From Hormiphora californensis (taxonomy: Eukaryota; Animalia; Ctenophora): a stretch of DNA of 64,000 nt. The stretch is from the NCBI GenBank assembly GCA_020137815.1, contig CM035352.1:2790001-2854000 (forward strand), read 5' to 3'. The notes below the pieces were generated by a model. That model saw nothing but the letters and a program-made list of their open reading frames with translations, was not told the DNA's origin and searched no databases. A program made the position numbers and the translations under genes. Below, piece after piece: positions 36,556-45,562 of this stretch; the stretch's first letter is position 1, and each line of letters begins with the position of its first letter.

Positions 36556-39500
36556 CAGAGCTGCCGTGCCCTACAACTGTGGTGGTGGCTCATAAGCAGA
36601 AGGAGCGCTGTTTCAATAATAGAACTTGCACTGAAATTGCTCGATAATCAAAACAGTTGCTGTAGTCACAAAACGGAATATAAATCTAAATGCTCTTTCA
36701 TAAAAACAAACTTATAATAATCAGCGTCCTCCCGCAAAGTGCTCCTATTCTATAGGAGTACTTCATTTAGTCTAAGGACTAGAGTTCAACTTTTAATAGT
36801 TGGTTTGAGTTTCAAATAGTCTAGGCGTATGTAATGAGATAATGAGGGGTGTAGACTGTAGGGATAGGAGGAAGAGTAGCTCTGGAGTGGGAATTACTTA
36901 CCAGTTACCATTCTTTGAGGGGTTTCTGTGCAACAGACGAACAAAAACACAGTAATAAAGCAACAGAGAGCAGACTAAAAAGACAGCGAGATCATTTGGA
37001 ACTAAGGATAGAATATAGCAAAGATAGAGAGAGAGAGATATTATAATTGTCTACTAAATCATTATAGACTCCAAATCTCTACATACATCGAGCTGCAAGA
37101 GTGCTCCTCCTGTCATTACCATTTGTTTATCTGTCACGTGACTGATCACACTTCCGACCACAAATCTCATTTGTATTTAACCTCTGTATCTAACCTCTAT
37201 ATAACCTCTGTATCTAACCTCTAAACGCGTAAATACCTGAATATCTCTATCATCGACTGGATTACCACAAAAAAAACAGACCAAACCGAACCAGACGATT
37301 GTAAATTTACCAAACCTAACCGAGCATAAAATGTGCATCGTTTATCCCTCAAATCTCTCAAATTTTCATAAAGTCTATACTTGAGTCCTAAATCATCTTT
37401 TCAATTCTTATGAGAAGCCCAAATTCCTCTAATTCCCCTTTTGTCTAACCCTAACCAGACCCTCAAACCGCTCTGGGCAGGGAAGGGCAAACTGTATCCG
37501 TTCATAACTTATCCTCCATATACCCTAGTCCCTACAGCTACCCTCCGTATCCCCTCAATCATGCCCTTGTCTCCTCCTCCCCCCCCCCCTCAGATACTAA
37601 CCAGACCACCTATCACCTGTAGCAATGACAGCCGCAGATACAGAGAAAGCCCTCCAGAAGGCAGTGAACCCCGCCAAAACCCGGAAGGGCAAGAAGATCT
37701 TGCTGGCGAAGGAGCCCCAAATTATTGAGAATGACAAACAGACCATGATCCTAAAAGGGGCCAAAACAAGTGGTATGGTGAACGATGTCCTGGCCGATAT
37801 GTACAAGATCAGACGACAAAATACAGTGATGATGGCCAAATCTAACCCTTTCCTGCCGTTTGAGGACACCCAGCCATTATTGGACCTCCTTGCTAAGAAG
37901 GATACTAGCATGTTCCTGTTCGGGTCTCACAACAAGAAGAGGCCTCACAACTTGGTATTTGGCCGGACATACGATGGCCAGATGTTGGATATGATAGAGT
38001 TTGGGGTGACTGGTTTCAAGAAACTCTGCCAGTTTAAACAACCAAAGATCCCACTTGGAGCCAAACCGTGTTTGATCTTTAACGGTGACATGTTTGAGCG
38101 GTATCCAGAGTGGGGAGTGGTCCAGAATTATCTCTGTGATTTCTTTAATACCACCAAGACTAGTTCTATCAACCTGCAGGGACTGGAGTATGTCCTATCC
38201 TTCACCGCTTGTGAACCAAACATTCTGATGATGAGATCATATGAAGTTAACATGAAGAAATCAGGTACCAGCACCCCTTATGTAGAGCTGGAGGAGATCG
38301 GTATTTCACTGGATTTGGTACTGCGAAGAACACAACTAGCCGCACCAGAAGTAAAGAAACTAGCTCTGAAACAGCCCAAGGCGGCCAAGATCGGCAAGAC
38401 GAAGAACATCACACACGACTTGGCTGGTTCTAAGCTGGCAACAGTCCACATGACTAAACAGAATCTCCAGGAGATGCCCCAGAGCAGAATGAAGGGAAGT
38501 AGGAAACCAGAGGAAGGGGAATTTGTGAAGAAGAGTAAGAGGAAGGTGGTGAAGGAGAGTGGAGATGAAGGGGAGGAGGAGGTTGAGGCCATGGAAACCT
38601 CATGATAGGATGACTGTTATTTTTAATTTATTATCTGTTTTAATAGCTCAGTTTTAACTTCTTTACAGCAGTGTTTCAATCCCAACACGTGTCCAATTAT
38701 CCCGCCCCCTCCTTGTTCCTACACCCCTTACTCAACAACCCCTTCCACAATTTACTGACAACAAAATATGAACAAGACACAGTTGACATAATCGAAACAA
38801 ACTCTAAAGTCTACTATACCGACTCATGCGGGAGTTCTCCTCAGTCCCATGAATTTTCTAAGAAATCCCATACATTATAATAAATGAGAGTCCCACAATG
38901 CATTAGGTAGCACAACCACAACGCATTATAAAACTCTAAAATAGTGTGTACTGTGCAGTAGTACTGTACTGTGGGTACACAGTGTGTACTACACAGTGTG
39001 TAGTCTGTGTACCCAATGTATATGTTACCTGAGCAGTGATCATGGTGGTTACACTGGAAGAAGTAGCTCTCCGTCCTCGTTGATTCCATACTAACAAAGC
39101 CTAGGGTCAGAATCTGCATGCTATAACATAACACAAACACAGTAGGGGCAGAGATGGGGGGGTCATCTGGAGCTGGGGGTTGCAACTTTATACACACACA
39201 TTATGTAGAGAGATCTGGAGCTCAGTAACTGTAATTCGGGGTTCTTCAAGCATAAATAAGAGAGAAATGAAGATGAGGGGGTCTGTGTTCTGAATACGTG
39301 GTCGGTTAGAGGTAGTAATTTCAGGATGGGAAGAGAGAGAGGGGGAGAGAGAGAAATAAAGATAGCGAGATGCAAAGAGAGGGAAGGTTTGAAGCAATGC
39401 TTGTCCCAAGGGTCTGCTTGTGACTTGGTAAATTTACAAATTGATAATCCAACTAATTACCCTCTTTAAATCGTCCACTACTTCAAATACGAACATCATT

Positions 39501-41228
39501 AGACCTAGCATTAAAGAAAAACAAGCTTTGATACCAGCTCCAGTTTTCTGTTCTACTGTAGAACACTTTCACCAGTGTCACTTCCTCAAAATAAGTCCAC
39601 CAAATCACAAACCTTTATCTGATTCAAAACCCCCCGATTACCTCCCCTGACCCCTATCTCCCATTATACCTTACGTTAACATCCCTCCCCCTATCTCCTA
39701 GGGAATGTGGAGGCAAGATGCACCTACGAGAGGGCCAATACCAGAAGGCCCATACCGACTTCTTCGAGTCCTTCAAGAATTATGACGAGAGTGGCAGTCC
39801 AAGAAGGACAGCCTGTTTGAAATACCTAGTGCTGGCTAGTATGTTGATGAAGTCAAACATCAACCCATTCGACTCGCAGGTTAGCAGTAGTTTAACTGAG
39901 TCACAGTTAGACACTGCACTACTGACTACAGTAAAGGGGCGGGGTGCTCAATAATGATAATTTCTTGTCCAGACCGATAATTGCTGTTTCGGTTTTCAAG
40001 CTCGGGCACACGTCCAACAATAATTCCCCAGGAAGCAAAGCCGTACAAGAATGACAAGGAGATTATCGCAATGACCAATCTAGTGAAGTAAGTACCCCGG
40101 GGGGGGGGGGGGGATTTTCCGAGGCCATTTCAAGATGATCATGACCGTTGATAACCGACAAATTGTATTATTCTACCCAACACCCCCAGCTTTTCCTTGA
40201 TTAACATGTCCCACTCACCCTCTCTATACCCATTACCCAGTACCCACTCTATCCCACTCACCCTCTCTAGTCTCTACCCGTGCCCTGGAGGATTAGAACA
40301 TTTAACAACAGCTCCCCCACAACATAACAACATAACAACATCTCCCCCACCCCACAGTGCATACCAAAGCAACGATATAGAGCGGTTTCAGAGTATAGTA
40401 AAGGAACACCACTGCAGCGTAATGGAGGACACATTCATAAGGGAACACATAGAGGATTTATTAAAAAATATACGCACAGAGGTACATGTATAGTGTCGTA
40501 GTGTGTGTGTGTGTAGGGGGTTGTGGAGTTATTGGGAGGGAAGAGAGATGGTGTGTAGTGATAACTGATAGGTCCTGACGGTAGGCGGTAAATGTTAACC
40601 AGATCTGTGAGAATTTCGCACGTTTTTGCCCATAACTCAGCCATTTCTTGACCAATTTGCAAAATCTTTGGCTCATTGGAAAGAGGACATTGAGATCTCT
40701 CAAATGAGCTCAAGAAAATGAAGATTGGCGCAAATTGCGCGGCGTGGTGGCGAAAACGCGCATTTTGCGCCATGACGCCGCGCATTTTTCGCCGATTTTA
40801 GTTTTATTGGGTTCATTTGAAAGAGCTCAATGTCCTCTTTCCAACGCGCCCAAGATTTTGCAAATTGGTCAAGAAATGACTGAGTTATGGACAAAAACGT
40901 GGTTTTGCACGTACGTTTTCTCTCAGATCTGGTTAACATTTACCGCCTACCGGTCCTGACACTTCACAGATGTCTCATAAGACCGTCCTCTTCGTGTGGC
41001 TGTGGGCAAGAGGATGCCACAGTGAAATGGGGCAGTATGACACCCCCCCCCCCCCAGTATGACAAATCCTCAATTTTGAGGATCTGATCATTCTAATACC
41101 CCTCCCTCTTTCCCTTACTCAACAACCCCTCCCCCCTTTCAGGTTCTTATCAAGGTTATCAAACCATACACACGACTGAAGATAGACTACGTTGCTGGTG
41201 TACTAGGGATATCTTGTGAAGAGGTATA

Positions 41229-41325
<97 letters not shown>

Positions 41326-41427
41326 CTCTGTTCCCATGACTACGGGTACCTCCCACCGTCTCGGATGCAATGGTGTACGGAGATGAATTGCTTGTTTGAA
41401 TGCACAACTGTTTGTGTGGCTTGCAGG

Positions 41428-41517
<90 letters not shown>

Positions 41518-42133
41518 GTGTGGAAGTGGTAGTGCACAGGAAATCCAGCTGAAGAACCTGTGCGTGTGAACACTACTGCTGCAGTAGTAATCAATGTGTA
41601 GCACTAGAGCACGATGCTTTTAGGGAGTCTTAGACCCAATTCCACGAGACTGAGAAATGATTGTAGCTGGTATAATAAATCACTGACACCAGTGGTATTA
41701 CTTTATTGTACAGTGTCTTCCCCAGCACATACCCCCATCCCCCTGTTCTACAGTGTCCAGTGTCCAGTGTCCACTGTCCTGGGACAGTGTCCACCCCCAA
41801 CCCCACAGACTACAGTGTCTTCCCCAGCACACACCCCATCCCCCTGTTCTACAGTGTCCACTGTCCTGGGACAGTGTCCACCCCCAAACCCACAGACTAC
41901 AGTGTCTTACCATCCCTTCCCTTCCTCAGGTTGAACACTTGATGATCGGCTGTATTCTTGATGGGACTGTGCTAGGCAAGATAGACCAGCGGAATGGGAC
42001 TCTGGTCCTAGATAGGCTTTCAGAACCTGAGAAGTTGAGAACTGAGAGTCTAGCAGCGTGGAGTAAACAGATAAATCTTCTGTCTAAGAAGTTCCCTGCT
42101 GCGTGCCCGATCCGAGGCGGCCCCATCAGATAA
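16925..42133 (+). CDS. COPS2: COP9 signalosome subunit 2, 11 exons, with 13.4-kb and 8.1-kb gene-containing introns
   Basis: Exons 16925-17065, 17224-17326, 17418-17542, 17755-17848, 17948-18052, 31450-31591, 39702-39879, 40032-40087, 40358-40481, 41143-41223 and 41930-42133; all GT-AG and phase-compatible. Translation [19 protein letters not shown]...[11 protein letters not shown]...[12 protein letters not shown]...DDQKK|[16 protein letters not shown]...[13 protein letters not shown]|[11 protein letters not shown]...INPFDSQ|EAKPYKND... is colinear with CSN2. Confidence 0.96.
18450..27697 (-). CDS. LDLa-repeat class A GPCR (GRL101/LGR-like, no LRRs seen), nested antisense in COPS2 intron 5
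   Basis: Signal exon 27697-27640 ([19 protein letters not shown]); exons near 27524-27257, 27171-26930, 22658-22535, 22369-22266 and 22164 onward; large exon 21481-~19280 with many LDLa modules ([26 protein letters not shown]) and TM1-4 ([12 protein letters not shown]); TM5-7 exon ([30 protein letters not shown]); last exon stops at 18450. Confidence 0.88.
22737..26897. mobile_element. 4.2-kb Foldback-like element: long inverted arms whose inner parts are inverted 32-bp minisatellite arrays
   Basis: CAGGGTGTGAACTGCATG ... CATGCAGTTCACACCCTG, flanked on both sides by TAAAA (possible 5-bp TSD). About 570 bp of unique arm is followed by arrays of CCTACCTCCCATTTACTCCATCTCTCAGCTTC (~23310-25140) and its reverse complement (~25147-26335). 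No transposase. Confidence 0.88.
28051..28116. repeat. (CT)n microsatellite
   Basis: Directly visible. Confidence 0.95.
28984..29953. mobile_element. Palindromic non-autonomous DNA transposon (TTAA target site, GG..CC termini, Kolobok-like)
   Basis: TTAA|GGCCAGAGGGGGGGGTCCGAGGG ... CCCTCGGACCCCCCCTCTGGCC|TTAA. Arms ~470 bp with a ~25-bp spacer near 29457-29482. Confidence 0.88.
31079..31108 (+). mobile_element. Helitron-type 3' terminus (hairpin followed by CTAG-T)
   Basis: TTCGCCC-GTA-GGGCGAA hairpin, then CGGGTTTACTAG|T. Confidence 0.5.
32700..32892. repeat. (CT)n microsatellite
   Basis: Directly visible; abuts the stop codon of the nested orphan gene. Confidence 0.95.
32891..36045 (-). 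CDS. Uncharacterised multi-exon gene (disordered N-terminus, SAP/HeH-like helix pair), nested antisense in COPS2 intron 6
   Basis: Phase-compatible GT-AG exons at ~36045-35553, ~35099-34985, ~34496-34308 ([33 protein letters not shown]), ~34139-34006, ~33467-33312 and ~33131-32891. The frame stays open upstream to an AG near 36111. Confidence 0.62.
33519..33928. repeat. Intronic tandem arrays: ~51-bp unit x2.5, then 28-bp unit x~9
   Basis: ATTAGAGGGAGGGGTGTTCAATGTTCAC repeated over ~33655-33928, preceded by a GGTGTTGTAGCCTGTAGGGGAGCTAGAGGGA... unit. Confidence 0.9.
35243..35462. mobile_element. MITE with AGTCGGATTTTTTGAA terminal inverted repeats
   Basis: TTAA|AGTCGGATTTTTTGAAACTGTCACCCCCC ... 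GGGGGGTGACAGTTTCAAAAAATCCGAGT. Same terminal repeat as the element at 42801-43062. Confidence 0.8.
36420..36552. repeat. (GA)n microsatellite
   Basis: Directly visible. Confidence 0.95.
37133..37142. promoter_or_regulatory. Palindromic extended E-box GTCACGTGAC between the divergent nested genes
   Basis: Perfect 10-bp palindrome (bHLH-ZIP USF/MiT/Myc-type site) about 480 bp upstream of the RPF2 ATG. Confidence 0.35.
37625..38605 (+). CDS. RPF2: Ribosome production factor 2 (Brix domain), intronless CDS, nested on the same strand in COPS2 intron 6
   Basis: 326-aa intact ORF: [95 protein letters not shown]. Confidence 0.96.
   Translation: MTAADTEKALQKAVNPAKTRKGKKILLAKEPQIIENDKQTMILKGAKTSGMVNDVLADMYKIRRQNTVMMAKSNPFLPFEDTQPLLDLLAKKDTSMFLFGSHNKKRPHNLVFGRTYDGQMLDMIEFGVTGFKKLCQFKQPKIPLGAKPCLIFNGDMFERYPEWGVVQNYLCDFFNTTKTSSINLQGLEYVLSFTACEPNILMMRSYEVNMKKSGTSTPYVELEEIGISLDLVLRRTQLAAPEVKKLALKQPKAAKIGKTKNITHDLAGSKLATVHMTKQNLQEMPQSRMKGSRKPEEGEFVKKSKRKVVKESGDEGEEEVEAMETS
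40580..40951. mobile_element. MITE with a 9-bp target-site duplication (MULE/Merlin-like) in COPS2 intron 9
   Basis: GGTCCTGAC|GGTAGGCGGTAAATGTTAACCAGATCTG ... CAGATCTGGTTAACATTTACCGCCTACC|GGTCCTGAC; imperfect palindrome throughout. Confidence 0.88.
41233..41512. repeat. (CT)n and (GA)n tracts in inverted arrangement in COPS2 intron 10
   Basis: (CT)n at ~41233-41328 and (GA)n at ~41432-41512, separated by about 100 bp. Confidence 0.92.
41706..41910. repeat. Imperfect ~85-100-bp tandem duplication near the end of COPS2 intron 10
   Basis: Repeated TACAGTGTCTTCCCCAGCAC...GTCCTGGGACAGTGTCCACCCCCAA.CCCACAGAC. Confidence 0.75.
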
Positions 42134-42800
42134 CAAGAGACAGTTAACAGCCCCATTAAATGAAGACAGTTTACCCTTTTTCAAGTTTTTATTTCGCAGT
42201 TTGTAAAGAGCCAAATCGTTTATTGTGTGTCGAGTCTCATGGCTCCTGTTTTGTAAGTTTTACACACGATTGATGGTTCTTGAAACATCTAGATCTCTTG
42301 TTTATCCTGTTGAGTAGGGGGGTCTACCCATTGCTTAATGATCATGATCTGGTTACGGCCATCTGGTTCTGAGTGGCCAATGCTCTGACAGGAGTGGCCG
42401 GATCTGGAAGGAACAGAGGTCCCCGCCGGGTTAAGGCTGCGCGCGATATTTATAACACGGTCAGTGCTGAAACTTCTTACTTTCAACCTTTTGGAATACT
42501 TTACCGATCGCGCGCAAATTATTTGGCCAATGTGTACCAAAACAAACTTTTCCTCGCGTGTTGTTTGATTTGGTAGTACAAGATGTTCATTTCGATCTTT
42601 ACAAGTGTTGGTCCTAACCAGAAGATAGTTGACAAGATGAGGTCATGGAACTTCATACTTGGACTATTCTATACCCTCATTCAAGGTTCATTCAAGGTTC
42701 CTGGTGTTTCCTGAGCTCTGATACCCTCTGGAAGTGTGCTTTTGACATTTAATTCTAAAGTACCGGAGGGAATTATTTCATTGGTCTGAGACTTCGCTAA

Positions 42801-43062
42801 AGTCGGATTTTTTGAAGTTGTCACCCCCCCCCCCCCCTGGGTGGCGCACAAGTTTTTATTTGCGCGTCGGAATCTTGTTTTGGCTCTCACGCCTTTGTTT
42901 TTTGGCCAACTTGGTCAAACCAAAGTTTTACGGACTCACAAAATTATGCTCTTTCCGGTGATATCCGTTTTTTTGCCGAAAGGTGAGAGCAAGTGGGGGC
43001 TGTCACACGCAAATACCACGCCGCACGACAAAAGGGGGGTGACAACTTCAAAAAATCCGACT
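42801..43062. mobile_element. MITE with AGTCGGATTTTTTGAA terminal inverted repeats (same family as 35243)
   Basis: CTAA|AGTCGGATTTTTTGAAGTTGTCACCCCCC ... GGGGGGTGACAACTTCAAAAAATCCGACT|TTAA. Confidence 0.82.
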
Positions 43063-43066
43063 TTAA

Positions 43067-43602
43067 TTAATTTTTTAGACATTCCATATCAGCAAATTTT
43101 AGAATTTCATGAATCATGATGATCAAGGTGTTTTTCGGTCTCAAAATTCCAAATAAACTGACTGGAAAGGCCCGAAAACGGCTAAAAAACGTGAGAAATT
43201 AATATAATAAGTCTTTTCAGTCACTTTTTTCCCAAAATTTGTAGACCGAAAAACACACCAATCACCATAACAAGAATTATTTGCATTATCTCTATTATAA
43301 TTTGGAGATGAACGTCGAAGTGATGGCCGTTCGTTAGGCGGTATCTAAGCGACAGACTGCTCCTTCATAAAACACTTTATAGGCCCAAAGCTGTAAAGCT
43401 GTTGCTCACACTTTTGAAACTTCCAGTGGAAGTTTGTTAATATTTTCGAATGACTTTTAACATGCCAGTCCCCATAGTTACCAATTCAGTTGCCATGGCA
43501 ACCGTGTTTCTGACCTTCAAAGGGGCGAAAAGAACCACCCGGCGAAGCCGGGTGGGTTATCAAAAAGCCCTTACTTGAGGCGCACCCAATGGGTGCGCTA
43601 GT
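43067..43602 (+). mobile_element. Non-autonomous Helitron/Helentron-like fragment
   Basis: Ends in hairpins ACCCGGCGAAGCCGGGT (~43537-43553) and GCGCACCCAATGGGTGCGC, followed by TAGT. The 5' boundary is uncertain. Confidence 0.45.
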
Positions 43603-43864
43603 GTATCCATAATGCTACGTTTCCCTGCCCTCTTCGATTTGCCATTCAACTCACCCAACGAGTAAGCTGTCCGCAAAATGGGGATTTGTGTTTTTCGAAT
43701 TTTTGAACAAAACGCAGAACAGATTTTTCAATTTCTCCATAATTTTCACGAATCAAAACGCGCGGCCGATATAAAACAAATTTTGTCGCACGTTACAGTT
43801 TATAGCCGCGCGCCCCTCATAAAATTTCAATTGTTTGCGCGCACGCATGTTACTCCGCAAGTGT

Positions 43865-44658
43865 TAGTAGAGTCGATAACTACATCGACCTCTCCCAATT
43901 GTTCCAGTTTTTTTTCACAACTGTTTGGAGCCTAGACACGACCTCTAAACAGGTGTTACTTTTTCACAAACTGTTTTCATCTTGGTGTAATCAGCAGTTG
44001 AAATGTTGCTGATCATAACAAAAACCTGACTAAATTTTTTCAACTTGGGGTAAAACCATGGGTGTCAAAAGTTAGCTCTAGGTCCCCTGAGTAACCATCC
44101 GGAGACTCCAAGAGATATTTCAAGCCGTTCTCCTGTAATCATTAATCCCGGTAGAGCACATATTTGAGTATGGACGTACGTGCAATTGCCTACAACCTCA
44201 ACTTTAATGTATAACGTTAATGTGCGTCTCTCTCTTTTCTCCCCCTTGAGAAAGAGTTATCTCGCGCGGCGCAACCGCACGTGCGGTTTTTCCAGAGAGA
44301 GTGAGAGACATACAATAACATGTAAACAGCCTGCCAGCGCTCACGTACGTCCGCATTGTATTTTTTTCTCCACCGGGATTAATGATTACGGGAGAACGGC
44401 TTGAAATATCTCTTAGAGTCTCCGGATGGTTACTCAGGGGACCTAGAGCTAACTTTTGACACCCATGGTTTTACCCCAAGTTGAAAAAATTTAGTCAGGT
44501 TTTTGTTATGATCAGCAACATTTCAACTGCTGATTACACCAAGATGAAAACAGTTTGTGAAAAAGTAACACCTGTTTAGAGGTCGTGTCGAGGCTCCAAA
44601 CAGATGTGACAAAAACTGGAACAATTGGGAGAGGTCGATGTAGTTATCGACTCTACTA
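43865..44658. mobile_element. Non-autonomous DNA transposon with ~290-bp terminal inverted repeats
   Basis: TAGTAGAGTCGATAACTACATCGACCTCTCCC ... GGGAGAGGTCGATGTAGTTATCGACTCTACTA; inner spacer ~44160-44365. Confidence 0.85.
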
Positions 44659-45562
44659 TGTGAGATCACGCGCGCCGCGAGGTTGCCCGTCGCAACGAAA
44701 GTGTGACCAAAATGGTCCCTCTACCGATTAGTTAGTATACCAAAATGTCGTTTTCGAATTCTGCTGTGCCTTTTTACATAGTAAAAAGGCATCCGGGTGA
44801 ATGCCTTCGGCATTCACCCGGGCAGGGAAAAAATTTAGGATTCCTTCCGGTACTTAACATACTTCCAGGGGGCATCAGAGCCCAGGAAACACTTGGTAAT
44901 GAAATTACCCCTCTGTGCAAGCTCACGGATGCAATATTAGGGGTGACTTCGTAACCAAAGGAAACACCAGGAACCTTGAATGGACCTTGAATGAGGGTAT
45001 AGAATAGTCCAAGTATGAAGTTCCATGACCTCATCTTGCCAACTATCTTCTGGGTTAGGACCAACACTTGTAAAGATCCGAAATGAACACCGTGAACTAC
45101 GGTATAGCCACTGAACAGCCAGCTACTATTATATCCGGGGGTAGGACGGAATACCGACCAGTGATCACGATGGTCACAGATGGTGGTCAGTCAATATGGT
45201 TTTGTTCAAATTCATTTCATTTTATAAAGGGGGCTTGGTAACGCAATTACCCCTACATTGCGGGCACGCTAAAAAGTGCCTTACTATCGCAATGCCCTAT
45301 TATTGCGTTACCAAAAAGGGGGCCTAGCTAGGCAACAATCTGTTCCGACCAATAAGGTCAACTTATTGAGTTATCTATATTATATCTCAGTCTCAAACTC
45401 ACACCTCACGACGCCCTCTTCTTTTTCGATATCTCTGCCCTCTCTTCATAATAATATGAATATAACAACGTTTCTGCGTTCTTTAATAGCGTTTCTGTGT
45501 GATATTCAAATATTACTATAAAATGGTGCCTGCACACCAGTAAATAGCGTTAGTTAGAACTT

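Larger units (their letters stand above)
42585..45089. mobile_element. Composite nested transposon cluster bounded by a ~130-bp inverted repeat
   Basis: 42585-42712 is the near reverse complement of 44959-45089 (TTTACAAGTGTTGGTCCTAACC...CATGGAACTTCATACTTGGACTATTCTATACCCTCATTCAAGG). Contains the elements at 42801, ~43067 and 43865. Confidence 0.7.
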
